A stretch of DNA of 64,000 nucleotides. Source: an uncultured delta proteobacterium. GTDB lineage: Bacteria; Desulfobacterota; Desulfobacteria; Desulfobacterales; Desulfatirhabdiaceae. Location: NCBI GenBank assembly GCA_963789395.1, contig CAWBKP010000011.1, positions 32,001 through 96,000 on the forward strand. The letters are read 5' to 3'. Both the position numbers and the translations under genes were made by a program. Position 1 is the stretch's first letter. Every line of letters starts with the position of its first letter. The notes beneath the pieces were generated by a model that was not told the DNA's origin, ran no database searches, and saw nothing but the letters and a program-made list of their open reading frames with translations. Positions 1 to 10,933 of the stretch are shown in pieces.

Positions 1-18
1 GTTGCAGAGGTCCGGCAA

Positions 19-2286
19 TCAGACGGTCAGGCGCTTGTAGATTGCCGGCAGCAGGCCGGGCAGCATCTCCACCCGGGGCACGATGATGCTCTGGGTCTCA
101 GGGGCGATGCGCCGGAGGTAATCGGCGCTTTTGGGGTCCGAAGTGATGATGAAGGGATGGATCCGCTTTCTTCTGGCCTCCTGAATGGCTTTATGGGTAT
201 CGGCAATGGCGTAGTCCAGATTGCCGTATTCCAGATCATACGGCCGGCCGTCGGTCAGAATCACCAGAATTTTAATGGCGGCGTCTTCGCCTTCCAGTTT
301 GTAGATCGCATGCCGCACCACGGCCCCCATCCGGGTCAGGCCCGCAGGTTCTAAATTTCCAAGCCGGTAGCATGCCCTGTCGTCGTAAGCTTCGGAAAAA
401 TCCTTTACCTGAATCAAATCGATTCGAAAACGCCCGTCCGAACTGAACCCCAGAATGGCGTACGGGTCACCCAGGGCATTCAATGCTTCGGCCATCAGCA
501 CCATGGCCTCCTTCTGAATATCGATCACCCGGCGGTTGTCCACTTTTTCTTCCGTTGAAGCGCTCAAATCAACCAGAAAGAGAACCGCCACATCCCGGAC
601 CCGCTTGTCCCTGCGGATATACACATTTTCGGACAAGTGCGAGCCGGAGCGCATATCCACCCAGGCTTCTATCAAGGCATCGATGTCCAGATCGTCTCCT
701 GCGGGCTGGGCCCGATATTTGCGGAACTGCTCGGGCTTAAGCCGTGTAAACTGCCGCTGAATCAAGGAAATAAGCCCATGGCGCTGTCTGCGCAGATTTT
801 CGACAAACGGGTTTGCATCCTCCGCGGCAATGCGCTGGCGAACCAGACACCAGTCCAGTTTGTAATCAGCCAGGTTTGCATCCCATTCTCTGTAAAGAAA
901 TGTTTTGACGGTATCCGGAAGGTCTTCCGCATCCGGGGACAGAAACTCCAGATTGCCGATCATACCGGCCAGCATCTGCGCCAAGGCATCGGGGTCCCGA
1001 TCCCCGTGTGCCATGAGCTGACCGATCAGCATTTCCACCAGTGCCGGCGGCAGATCCTCATAGTGATCGGCGACTTTTGCCTTGATGCCGTCAATGGTGG
1101 CATTGGTCTGGCTGATCAGATCCGGCAGGATATCCCCCCACCAGGGCAGGGGCACGTCCAGATATTTGACAGCCCGGAAAGGGTAACCTTCCGGAAGATT
1201 GCCCTCCGCCAGTCGATTCATCTCGGATACGATGGCCGGAAGCTTTTGCACCAGACGCTTGTCGGCATACATGTGAATATATACCGGATCAAAAAAAATC
1301 CTGCCGGATTCTTCTATAAAACCACTACGATCCACCAGCATGGCCTGATGAAGCGCCATGAGCTTCATCAGGCCGAAAGTGGGCACCACTTCCGGCAGGA
1401 AAATAAACCGCCCGTCGGTTGCAGCACCGCCAGTGAATCCCTGATGGCTGTAAAGAATCGTGTTGGAGCGGATCTTGACCGGATGTGCCAGAAGTGCTTC
1501 GCAAATCAGGCTAAGGGTATGGGTGCGATCCTTGAGCGCAACACCGGAGGCCAGTCCGTCCCTGGCCTGCAGCGCCTTTAATGAGCCGGCATCGAAATAT
1601 TTAACGAGTTCCTGCTCCGTTTTTGCAGAAGCCAAACCGCCACTGACCCATTGGGATGTTTCTTCATCGGTCAGCAGCAGGCAGGCCCGGTTGCCGATAT
1701 CAATAAAGGCTTCGGCAGCGGCAGCGGATTTGGCAGCGATACGGCCGGCCTGTTCCAGAAAAAAATCCCAGCGCGCCAGCGAAAATCCGCAATGAAGGGC
1801 AGCCGATTGTTTCAGGTAGGCAGACACCGCCTGCCACATTCCGGGAGTTTTGGTCAGGGCCGAAAGCGCCTGGCTGCCCCAGGGAAGAATTGCATCGATT
1901 CCAAGCTTTTCCATCGCAGCAGGCGTAAGATTCAGAAAATTCACGCCCACGTCGATATCCCGTGATGCCAGTTTAAAGGCCAGATCGATCCATTTTTTGA
2001 GAAACCCCTCATCTGCCGGTAAAACGCTGAAAGCAGTCACACAGGGCTGGGTCAAGGCCCAGTTCTGCTCGGTAATCGCTACAATGTCCGCAAGCATGAC
2101 TTCCCCGCAGGGATGGTTTTTCAAAGACCGGATGGCGGTAAGTGCCTCTGAAAAAAACACAACGGCTTTTTGAAGGCGCAGATGGGACACACTCTCGCAC
2201 ATCCGCTGATATGCACTGCGGTCAACATCGCTCAAGTTATCCAGAAGATCCGGATTGGCGGCAAGGAATTCGGTAAAAATGCTCAT
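19..2286 (-). CDS. NorD/CbbO-like von Willebrand factor A domain protein
   Basis: C-terminal vWA MIDAS motifs ([26 protein letters not shown]) and YREWD; directly downstream of a NorQ-type ATPase; start taken at MSIFTEF (2286). Confidence 0.85.
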   Translation of the reverse strand: MSIFTEFLAANPDLLDNLSDVDRSAYQRMCESVSHLRLQKAVVFFSEALTAIRSLKNHPCGEVMLADIVAITEQNWALTQPCVTAFSVLPADEGFLKKWIDLAFKLASRDIDVGVNFLNLTPAAMEKLGIDAILPWGSQALSALTKTPGMWQAVSAYLKQSAALHCGFSLARWDFFLEQAGRIAAKSAAAAEAFIDIGNRACLLLTDEETSQWVSGGLASAKTEQELVKYFDAGSLKALQARDGLASGVALKDRTHTLSLICEALLAHPVKIRSNTILYSHQGFTGGAATDGRFIFLPEVVPTFGLMKLMALHQAMLVDRSGFIEESGRIFFDPVYIHMYADKRLVQKLPAIVSEMNRLAEGNLPEGYPFRAVKYLDVPLPWWGDILPDLISQTNATIDGIKAKVADHYEDLPPALVEMLIGQLMAHGDRDPDALAQMLAGMIGNLEFLSPDAEDLPDTVKTFLYREWDANLADYKLDWCLVRQRIAAEDANPFVENLRRQRHGLISLIQRQFTRLKPEQFRKYRAQPAGDDLDIDALIEAWVDMRSGSHLSENVYIRRDKRVRDVAVLFLVDLSASTEEKVDNRRVIDIQKEAMVLMAEALNALGDPYAILGFSSDGRFRIDLIQVKDFSEAYDDRACYRLGNLEPAGLTRMGAVVRHAIYKLEGEDAAIKILVILTDGRPYDLEYGNLDYAIADTHKAIQEARRKRIHPFIITSDPKSADYLRRIAPETQSIIVPRVEMLPGLLPAIYKRLTV

Positions 2287-2317
2287 CGGGCAACGTGTGA
2301 AATCAATAGAATCCGCA

Positions 2318-3164
2318 TCAGAAGATACCCGACACGATTTCGGCGATGGCTTCCTGCATCTCGGCATCGTCGGACATTGCCCGGGTTACGGCAACATTGC
2401 AGGCCGTGGCCGGAGAAAGGCCATCGGCAATCAGCTTGCCGGCATACACCAGAAGACGGGTGCTGATGCCTTCCTCCAGGCCGTGCTGTCTGAGGTTGCG
2501 GACCATTTCTCCCAGACGGACCAGGCGATCGGCCGCCATCTTTGTCAAGACCGCTTTCTTTCATGATGATCGTCCGCTCGATGTCCGCTGACGGATACCC
2601 GAACTCGATTGCCAAAAACCGCTGGCGCGTGGAATGCTTCAACTCTTTCATGACGCTCTGGTAGCCGGGATTGTAAGAAATCGCCAGCATGAAATCCGGA
2701 TGGGCTTCCAGAATGAGCCCCCGCTTTTCCTGGGGAAGAATCCGGCGGTCGTCCGTCAGGGGATGGATGACCACGGTCGTGTCTTTACGGGCCTCCACCA
2801 CTTCATCCAGATAGCAGATGGCCCCGTGTTTCACGGCCAGGCTCAGCGGACCGTCCTGCCAGACCGTTTCATCTCCTTTCAGGAGAAACCGCCCGACCAG
2901 ATCCGAGGCCGTCAAATCCTCATGACAGGCGATCGTCACCAGCGGCAGGGAGAGTTTCCAGGCCATGTGTTCCAGAAAACGGGTCTTTCCGCAGCCCGTG
3001 GGTCCTTTCAACATCACGGGAAGCTTGAGTTTGTAAGCTTTCTCGAAAACGTCGATCTCATCGTCAATTGGAACATAAAAGGGTTCGCTGCGGATGTGGT
3101 AATCTTCTATGGCAATGCCATTCTGCTTTCTTGGGGCTTCCATCGGCGGTGTATCATACTCCAT
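2318..3164 (-). CDS. CbbQ/NirQ/NorQ family AAA+ ATPase (one frameshift near 2549)
   Basis: Walker [32 protein letters not shown] and STRQRF; the C-terminal STRLLVYAG helix continues in ORF 2318..2548. Confidence 0.9.
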
Positions 3165-3168
3165 TAAA

Positions 3169-3247
3169 GGTTATAGGGTGATAGGTTATAGGTGATGGGT
3201 GATGGTTTCTTTTTCCCTCTTACCTATGACCCATCACCCATGACCCC
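3169..3247. repeat. Intergenic inverted pair of period-7 tandem repeats
   Basis: The left arm ggttatagggtgataggttataggtgatgggtgatgg faces the complementary arm acctatgacccatcacccatgacccc. Confidence 0.6.
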
Positions 3248-3253
3248 TTTTCT

Positions 3254-4294
3254 TTAATATTTCCCGTAAAGCTCCGCAGCCTCCATCATCGCAATGGCAT
3301 TCATCAGGCTGCCGTTGGGGGGAAACTCGCAACCGGTAGACAGGATAAACCCGCCGTCCTTGCCCAGTTCCTCGATCTGTTTCTTGCATTCCACCTTCAT
3401 TTCCTCCGGAGTGCCCAGAAATGCGTATTGGGCCGGACTGACATAACCGACAAGAGTCGTCTTTTTGCCGTATTTCTGTTTACATTCCGCCATGTCCTTG
3501 CAGTCATCTGGCGGATAAGCATAAGAAATGGCTATGGGCTTCATCGTCTCTATCTGTGCATCGAAATAAACACCATTTCCGCAGTTGTGCACCATGGTCA
3601 TACAGCCGGCTTCCACGATGGCATCGCCCAGAATCTTGGTAAAGGGGCCCTCGATCTCCATCCACATTTTTTTGCTCATGATGCACTGGGAGGCAAACAG
3701 GGTATCCAGAACGATCGCATGAACGCCTGTTTTGGCCATTGCCTTGATGTAATCTACCAGAACAGGCGTAATAATCTCCTGTGCATGAATAACCGCTTCC
3801 CGGTTTTTGTAGCAATCCCGGAAAAGGACTTCCGCACCGCGCATCATCGAGAGGATGCCCAGCGGCCCATAAACAAAACCCATAATAGCTACGTTTTTTG
3901 CGCACTCATTGGCCACGATGTCCATATACTTGAGAACTTCTTTCATTCTCGGGGCCTTGGTCGGATCCACCGGCTGGATTTTATAATAATCATCCGGAGT
4001 CTTAATGAATGAATCATTATAATCGGGGTGCGGCGTATCCTCGATCGGAAAGACCATTTTCTGTCCGAAATCGGCCGCTTCCACGGACAGATCCACCAGA
4101 CCCAGAATGCCGTCAAACCCGACCAGCTTCTGGGCCTGTATCATGGATTTGGCCATCAGTTCGCCGTCCTGTGCCCATTCCGCATAGGTCACGCCGTAAA
4201 CCCGACGGGAAGCGCCGCAGATCAGCGGAGCGGCAGGGACGCGATCGGGGATTCCACCTTGCAGGACAGTTCCAATTCTTTCTAACGGTGTCAT
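3254..4294 (-). CDS. MtaA/CmuA (uroporphyrinogen decarboxylase family) methylcobamide:thiol methyltransferase-like protein
   Basis: PDRVP, VDLSVEAADFG, GPLG, Zn-binding HNCG and C-terminal FILSTGCE motifs of the UroD/MtaA family. Confidence 0.85.
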   Translation of the reverse strand: MTPLERIGTVLQGGIPDRVPAAPLICGASRRVYGVTYAEWAQDGELMAKSMIQAQKLVGFDGILGLVDLSVEAADFGQKMVFPIEDTPHPDYNDSFIKTPDDYYKIQPVDPTKAPRMKEVLKYMDIVANECAKNVAIMGFVYGPLGILSMMRGAEVLFRDCYKNREAVIHAQEIITPVLVDYIKAMAKTGVHAIVLDTLFASQCIMSKKMWMEIEGPFTKILGDAIVEAGCMTMVHNCGNGVYFDAQIETMKPIAISYAYPPDDCKDMAECKQKYGKKTTLVGYVSPAQYAFLGTPEEMKVECKKQIEELGKDGGFILSTGCEFPPNGSLMNAIAMMEAAELYGKY

Positions 4295-4461
4295 GGTGAT
4301 ACTCCTTTCTGTAAGTGCTTTGTTTGGTTTGTTCAGTTAGCAAAAAAACACAACCGGTAAGTGAGGATAAACAGTTTCTATTTGAGCATGGTAGACAGGT
4401 TACAATAATTACGGGATAAGCATTCGTCGTCTTTGCCGGGGTCTTGCTTCATTCAAAATCT

Positions 4462-5059
4462 TCACGGGGTTCCCATAACCGCGTCCATCACTTGGTTAAC
4501 GCCAACATTAGCGGGTACACTGAGTGGCATCAGAGAACCTGCATGGTCTTTGACTCTTTGCTCGATTTCATGGATACCGTGCGCATCCATGAGATCAGAC
4601 TGAGCAAGCGCAACCAGATCGGCATCTTTCATCTGGCCGATCATCAGAAACGATCGGTCCTGCCACTGGGAATCAAACTCGGGCCCGTTAACCAGGGTAA
4701 TCATCGGCCCGATCTCGTAGGAAATATCCCGCCGCCCCATGGCCATCACATTCCTGAGTTCCTGAGTAACGACCATTTCAGACGGTTCGATAAACAGAAA
4801 ATCCGGATCATGATTTCGCTTGAGTTCTTTTTTCAGGGCGACCAGACTGGCCGCCAGGGAACAGCCCACTCATCCGCCGCGGAGAAACTCAGCAGTAACA
4901 TTATATCGCCGGAGAAAGTCGGCATCGTAAGACACCTCGCCATCTTCATTGACGATAACGGCACAGTTTTGATCCTGCGGATGACAACCGGGCAATCAGT
5001 TCCCGGATCAGGGTCGTTTTGCCGCTGCCGCGCATGCCGGAAATATTCACTACCTTCAT
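4462..5059 (-). CDS. CobW/HypB-like GTPase, putative selenoprotein (GG-U-VGC; TGA at 4872-4870; one frameshift near 4972)
   Basis: ATG 5059 gives MKVVNISGMRGSGKTT. After one indel the frame reads AVIVNEDGE...FLRGG-TGA-VGCSLAA...FLFIEPSE into ORF 4462..4869. The TGA aligns with the first Cys of GGCICC in the neighbouring paralogue. Confidence 0.85.
4837..4855 (-). promoter_or_regulatory. Candidate bacterial SECIS for the CobW-like selenoprotein
   Basis: Minus-strand hairpin GGCGGCCA-GTC-TGGTCGCC; the loop starts with G, 22 nt after the TGA. Confidence 0.75.
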
Positions 5060-5562
5060 GCGTTCTTATCCGGGTCCAGTTGTTCGGAAAGCTGTTTGAT
5101 ATAATCCTGTTTGGATGCGGTGAAATCGAACTCATCGAAATACGTGTGTTCTTTTTCTTTCACCACAAAAAGCCCGTGCTGTCCGGCCACATCATGCATC
5201 CCCTCCAGGGTTGCAGCCTTCACGGCGTCTTCGGGAATGCCCTGAACAATGCTGTTGATGGCGATAAAGACATCGCGAACCGGGTGTGAGAGCCGACCGG
5301 AGGAATAGCTGCCGTGACCGACGCCGATGGTGTCCGCCTTGATCGTTCCGGCTTCGGTTCGCAGATGGGATTTGATGTGGCCGATACATTTTGCACCCAG
5401 TTCCATGCATTTGCCGGCAATGACAATCATCATGTTTTCAGCCATGGATTTGACAAAATCTTCGGTCATGGGCTCGTTGCGACTGATCTTGGCGGCAACG
5501 CCATAGCCGCTGACACCATGTTCCGTGTAACAACCAGGGCTTTCCTCGGGTGAGTTGGACAT
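5056..5562 (-). CDS. Hypothetical CobW-associated protein (CIGHIKSH motif)
   Basis: 168-aa ORF tightly coupled to both GTPase genes (ATGA overlap at 5056-5059). Confidence 0.7.
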   Translation of the reverse strand: MSNSPEESPGCYTEHGVSGYGVAAKISRNEPMTEDFVKSMAENMMIVIAGKCMELGAKCIGHIKSHLRTEAGTIKADTIGVGHGSYSSGRLSHPVRDVFIAINSIVQGIPEDAVKAATLEGMHDVAGQHGLFVVKEKEHTYFDEFDFTASKQDYIKQLSEQLDPDKNA

Positions 5563-5567
5563 CGGCT

Positions 5568-6182
5568 TTACACCTCCCAGTTCAGTATGAGATCGGTCAG
5601 CTCGTCAACCCCTGTTTCAGTAAACGAAGACAGGTGAAGCACCCTGGCTTTCGGGTTGATCTCCCGGACCCTGGAGACAGATTCTTTCACGGCCGCTGCA
5701 TCCACGGCATCCACCTTGCTGATGGCGATCACATCCGCATCCTTGACCTGGGTCGTGACAAGCTGTCCGAGCATATCCATATCCAGGAGTTCCGCGGGAC
5801 GGGTGGCATCAAACAAGACGATTGCCGGCCCGATGGCAACTTTTGCATCGCGGCCGCTCATTCTGGCGGCCAGACTGACCTGATGGGGCACGGCGACGCC
5901 CGTTGGTTCAACCAGAACATACTCCGGGGCGAATTCCCGGTATAACTGATAAATCGTTTTGGCAAAAGTGGCCGCGACTTCACAGCAGATGCAGCCGCCG
6001 CCGATATCTTTCATCATCATCCCGCTTTCCTCTATCACTTTTCCGTCAACGGGGATTTCTCCGATTTCGTTCACAACCAGCGCCACCTTGCGGGCCCCCC
6101 CGGCTGCCAGATTCCGGGAAAGTTTAAGCATCAGGGTCGTTTTTCCACACCCCAGAAAACCGGCGATCTGAATTATTTTCAT
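5568..6182 (-). CDS. CobW/HypB/UreG family metallochaperone GTPase
   Basis: GFLGCGKTT, VVNEIGEI, GGCICC, VEPTG and ISKVD motifs. Confidence 0.9.
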   Translation of the reverse strand: MKIIQIAGFLGCGKTTLMLKLSRNLAAGGARKVALVVNEIGEIPVDGKVIEESGMMMKDIGGGCICCEVAATFAKTIYQLYREFAPEYVLVEPTGVAVPHQVSLAARMSGRDAKVAIGPAIVLFDATRPAELLDMDMLGQLVTTQVKDADVIAISKVDAVDAAAVKESVSRVREINPKARVLHLSSFTETGVDELTDLILNWEV

Positions 6183-6287
6183 ACCTATTCTCCTGTGACG
6201 CATTTATAAATCTAACATTCCACTTGATTTATGATCAGAATGACACATAACAACAAGTGAGTAAATGCAAACTATCAGTTATTAAAT

Positions 6288-6305
6288 AGGTATATTTATA
6301 TACCT
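6288..6305. promoter_or_regulatory. Palindromic candidate operator upstream of the CobW/MtaA operon
   Basis: AGGTATAT-TT-ATATACCT in the AT-rich gap next to a LuxR-type regulator. Confidence 0.45.
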
Positions 6306-6467
6306 TATATAGCCGGAGAAATAATGAATACCAATAAATGATTATGATTCAGGGGAGTTGTTTCGTGATTCAATTATCGGAGAGGGGGATGGGCAAATAA
6401 CTACAAACCATTCACCGGGCTGTAACCCGAAATCGGCCAGCCCTGGGAAAAGCCGCTCCATCCGTCA

Positions 6468-7322
6468 TCAATGAGAACTGGCTTGGAACAAGGGCCTGGA
6501 AGACAGCAGGTTGTACAGATTCACTTTTCGTCCGCGCAGGCCCAGTTTTTTCCGGATATTACGGCGATGGACCTGCACGGTCTCAAAAGAAATATTCATC
6601 AGATCGGCGATTTCCTTGCTGGAATGGCCTTCCTGAATAAACTGGCACACCCGGATTTCAGAGCGCGTCAGCTTCAGAAACCGTCCCTCCAGCTCCCTGG
6701 AGAATCCCTTGGTCAGATTGATTAACTGCTCCCGCATGATGTAAAGATAACTGTTGCGGATCTCGGTGTTAACTTCGGTCCTGACTTTTTCAATCGCCGG
6801 AAGCAGAACAGTTTCGATTTTGTGGGAAATCCCCCCTTCCAACCCTTTTTTTTCATTTTCAAAAGCCTTCATCAGGTTTCGAAGGGTGATGTACAATTCC
6901 CGGCGCTGTGTTTTCTCCTGACGCAGGAGGTCCTGCAACGCCACATGTTCGGTCTGATCCCGAATCACAAAACAGAAGACCGGGTGCTCCGGCAGGGACA
7001 GACGTTTGACGGTGATGCCCACTGGAAAGATCTGACCATCCGCCCTGACCCCTTTCATCTCGCCTTTCCAGCTTCCGGAGTCCCGCAGGTCTTGAAGAAT
7101 CCGGCACAACACAGGTCTGTCAGCTTCATCAAACAGAGACAGGCAATCGATGCCGATGATCCGCTCGTATGGCAGTTCATGGATGGCGCTGGCGCTGCTG
7201 TTGGCTTCCACCACGTTGAGAGACGGGTCCACAAACAGAATGCTGTCCGTGGTATCAAAAAGAAGTTCACGCAGTATGGCTTCCAGTGAAAAGGCAGGAT
7301 ACTGGATGCTTGCGGTCTGCAT
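6468..7322 (-). CDS. PAS domain + LuxR-type HTH transcriptional regulator
   Basis: N-terminal PAS (WKGEMKGVRADGQIFPV) and C-terminal LTRSE...SSKEIA...TVQVHRRNIRKKLG. Confidence 0.9.
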   Translation of the reverse strand: MQTASIQYPAFSLEAILRELLFDTTDSILFVDPSLNVVEANSSASAIHELPYERIIGIDCLSLFDEADRPVLCRILQDLRDSGSWKGEMKGVRADGQIFPVGITVKRLSLPEHPVFCFVIRDQTEHVALQDLLRQEKTQRRELYITLRNLMKAFENEKKGLEGGISHKIETVLLPAIEKVRTEVNTEIRNSYLYIMREQLINLTKGFSRELEGRFLKLTRSEIRVCQFIQEGHSSKEIADLMNISFETVQVHRRNIRKKLGLRGRKVNLYNLLSSRPLFQASSH

Positions 7323-7343
7323 CAGGCTGTTGCAGGGAGGACG

Positions 7344-9007
7344 TCATGAACGATATTTTGCCTCCTGCGGGCTGCGGCAAGAAACACATCCTTGTTCCGG
7401 TACAGAATGTTTGTTTTTAAGGCAGGCAAGGTTTTCCAGCGCTTCTTCAATCGTCAGCGGAATCGGAGCGCTGCCCGTTGAACAGGCGCCCAGTTCCTGA
7501 AAAAGCCGGGTCAGCAGTGGCGGCTCCAGCCGTGAACCCTCCAGGAGCGCGCGGTCCGTCAGAATTTCACGGGGAGTGCCATCCGCGACAATTTCTCCCT
7601 GATCCACAATGATGACCCGTGTGGCGATCATAGAGGCGATGTTGATATCGTGTGTCACCATGATCAGTGTATACCCGTGATGGCTGTTCAAATGCCGGAT
7701 CAGGCGGATAAGGTGCCGGGTGGATGCCGGATCCAGGCTGGCGGTCGGCTCATCCATCAGAATCAATGGCGGCTGCATGGCAATGACACCGGCCAGGCCT
7801 ACCCGCCGCATTTCGCCGTGGCTGAGTCTGTGAATCGGCCGATGCGCCAGATGGGAAACCTCCATCAGATCCATGGCAGCGGCCACCCGACGATCCACTT
7901 CATCCGCATCCAGGCCAAGATTGACAGGACCGTAAGCCACATCTTCCCGCACATGCGTACAGAAAAGCTGATCGTTTGGATCCTGAAAAAGAATTCCGAC
8001 CTGCCGGAAAATATCCTGTTGGCCGCTGGAATCCAGGGTTTTTCCGCACAGGGTGATATTCCCGCTGTCAGGATGAATAATTCCCGCTATCAGCTTGAGA
8101 AGAGTGCTTTTACCCGCACCATTTGGCCCGCAGAGAGCCACTACTTCCCCTTGCTGGATAGTCATCGACAGATTTTTAAGCGAACGGGTTTCGGCATACC
8201 GATGAGACACATTGGTACATATCAGCACCGGCAAAGATGGATCGCTGAGGGTCGGGGTGATATTGCAGCGGTTGGGGCAGGAATCATCTTCGCTTGATTC
8301 ACACCCTGAAACTGAATCCTTTTTTTCGGCAAGCTGCCCTCTGGCAAACATGGCATGCTGAATCCGCAGAGAACGGTCATAAGATCGCAGGATGACCTGT
8401 GATAAAATCCGGCCAGTGCTATGATAGCGATTGATCCATCCGCGAAAACCACCCCGCGACACGGCGGATATTTTCATGCGATGAAATTCCTCCCACAATA
8501 ACCCGGCGTATCGATACGCCATGGCGGTGATATCCAGGAGTATGACCGGCACCCGGAACCATCTTAACGACCCCATAAGGGTGGTAAACGGCGTGGTCAA
8601 AAACACGGCTGCAATCCAGGTCATATCACACGCCACCCGTGCCGCTGCACCCATTCCGAGCCGAACTCCCTCCTGGTAAATGGTCATGGGACCCACCTGG
8701 TAAACCGGCGTCACGCCGAACCCGACGGAAAACCCCACAAACACGACCAGTGTCGCCCAGGCCGGCGCCAGAAAAAAAACACAACCTGTCGCAAAGGGAT
8801 CCTGGAAAACAGCGTAACAATCGCTCCCAGAACCAGAAGAAGCACGGACAGCCAAAGCCGGGCCATCAAAATATTGATCCCGATCGCCGCAGCCAGCAGC
8901 ACCAGTTTCAGGCGCCCATCCCAGCGGTACAGGCCATGCCGTGGAAGCTGGCCTGTATGACCGTCCATCATTCCGGCATATTCAGTATGCGGGTTGTTCT
9001 GGAGCAT
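7344..9007 (-). CDS. cbiQ/cbiO: Cobalt ECF transporter T component (CbiQ) apparently fused to the ATPase (CbiO); frameshift near 8775
   Basis: WDGRLKL and AYRY...RGG CbiQ motifs run in frame into GPNGAGKST, FQDPNDQLF, LSHGE and MDEPT. Confidence 0.8.
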
Positions 9008-9116
9008 GAATTCCTGTTCTCCTGCCATGCAACTCAGACAGCATAAATGGGGTTACGTTTGTCTTTGAAAGCGTCCGCCCGTCACTACTTGTTATTTAAA
9101 CGCTGAATCCCGGTCT

Positions 9117-10137
9117 TCAGATGTCCCGGCACTGCAACCGGGTCCTTCCCCAGAGCAGATCCCAGTATCGACCCAGAACAAACCCGCAGATACCCCCTGC
9201 CGATAAAAGCAGAAGATTCCACAAATCCCCCATGCCTTCCGTTTTCAGATATGGCTCACGGGACGGTCGCCCGGCTTTTTCTGCCATAGCTTCATTGACT
9301 GCCTCATCCATGCCGGAAAATTGCGATGCATTGTTAACAACGGACTGCTCCACGCCTGCACCCGAAGCTGCCGGCACGGCAGCTTCGGACAATGTGACAT
9401 CCCCAGCCACATATAACAAAGATAATCATCAACAGAATAATGAACAGGGAGGAATTTCCGGCATTCTTTCGGGAAAGAATACCCAGTGAAGCCAGAATTT
9501 CAGGTCGCTGCTTACCGGCGTAATGAAGTGCCATACCTGTAATCAACGCTTCCCCGATGGCGATGGGCAGCTGTGTGGGAAGATAGGCGGAATAAATAAC
9601 CAGCAGATAGCCACTCAGTGAATATTGAGGGGTTGGGGCATTGACAAGCGTTGTACCGAGAATCATTCCGGATGCGCCATACACCATGACGTCCCCGACC
9701 AACCCGCCTAAAAAGCCCGCTGCCAGCAGGGGAAGGCCGAGCTTGCGCATGAACCGGAAAATCCACCAGCCGAAGAAACAGCCGAAGAAGCCCAATGCCA
9801 CGACATTGGCACCCCAGGTGCTGAAACCGCCATGCGCAAAAAATGCTGCCTGAAGCAGCAGGCTGATTCCGGCCAGGACAATGCCGATGGATGGGCCCAG
9901 CAAAATGCCGATGAGCGGCGTAGCGCAGGGATGGGAACAGGTCCCCGTGAAAGCCGGAATCGGAATCAGCGAAAAGAAGAAAATAAGCGCTGCACCCATG
10001 CCCAGAAGCGGCTTATTCTCCGGGGCTTTGCGGACAAAAACGTTTATCCGCGATACCCCCCAGGCCATCAGGGACACTCCGGCAGCCGTGTAGAGTGCCG
10101 CGTCCTTCCCGACTATAATGCCTTCACTGATGTGCAT
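9117..10137 (-). CDS. cbiM: Cobalt ECF substrate component CbiM with CbiN-like C-terminal part (frameshift near 9425)
   Basis: MHISEG N-terminus, GTCSHP and AHGGFSTWGAN; the second frame carries FSGMDEAVNE...LLLSAGGICGFVLG. Confidence 0.85.
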
Positions 10138-10216
10138 ACTCTCTCCCGGTCCAACAGACCTCAAACTCCCAACGGTTTATTTGTCATCCATCCAAGAAAA
10201 AAGGCGTGATCTCGAC

Positions 10217-10786
10217 CTAATATTTCCAGAGGTCTTCGGCAATTCCCGTCACATGATTCAAGTAGCGGGCCAGCGTAAACAGGTAGTCACTCAAACGGTT
10301 CAGGTAAATCAGCGGAAATCGCAAATGCTTCGGCGCCTCTCCGAATCCGATCTGAAGCGAAAGCCCCACCACATGACGTTCCGCCCGCCGACAGACGGTT
10401 CGGGCGAGATGGGCCATGACAGCCGATAAATGCCCGTTCGGGACAATGAATCCGGTTAGATCCGGCAAACCGTTCTGCAGCGCATCAATGGCGGTTTCCA
10501 GGTCTTTCACATCCGCTTCGGTTATTTTGGGAACTTTTTCAACAGCCGCCGAGTCCCTGGATGTGGCGATATATGCACCGATTTTCATCAGGTTGGATTG
10601 AATCCGATGAATTTCAGAGACGATATGACCACAATCAGGCGGCAGCAGCGTCTTGATGCCGCCGATTGCGGAATTGAGTTCATCCACATCGCCGCCGGCC
10701 TCCATGTAGGGGTGGCTCTTGGTTACCCGCTCACCGCTGTAAAGGCTGGTTTTGCCCTGATCTCCAGTACCGGAATAAATTTTCAT
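10217..10786 (-). CDS. pduO: PduO-type ATP:cob(I)alamin adenosyltransferase
   Basis: KIYSGTGDQGKT, DELNS, ARTVCRRAER and YLNRLSDYLF motifs. Confidence 0.92.
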   Translation of the reverse strand: MKIYSGTGDQGKTSLYSGERVTKSHPYMEAGGDVDELNSAIGGIKTLLPPDCGHIVSEIHRIQSNLMKIGAYIATSRDSAAVEKVPKITEADVKDLETAIDALQNGLPDLTGFIVPNGHLSAVMAHLARTVCRRAERHVVGLSLQIGFGEAPKHLRFPLIYLNRLSDYLFTLARYLNHVTGIAEDLWKY

Positions 10787-10933
10787 CCGTTTTCCTCTCC
10801 TTTTTGTTTCAGATTTTTTATTAAGGATAACACGATATTTCCCGCGGACAAAGCCGCTTCAATCAACTACAGCAACACTGAATCGTGAAGAATCGTTGTA
10901 ACGATAACGATGAACCGGTTGCCGCGTTCAATT

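Noticed and set aside
19..3164. Nitric oxide reductase or RuBisCO activation locus
   Set aside because: No norBC or cbbLS/cbbM gene is present in the window; only the chaperone families are supported.
3254..4294. True uroporphyrinogen decarboxylase hemE, or a pyrrolysine-containing methyltransferase
   Set aside because: It lacks the HemE RQAGR motif and has MtaA-type Zn ligands. No in-frame TAG read-through is evident.
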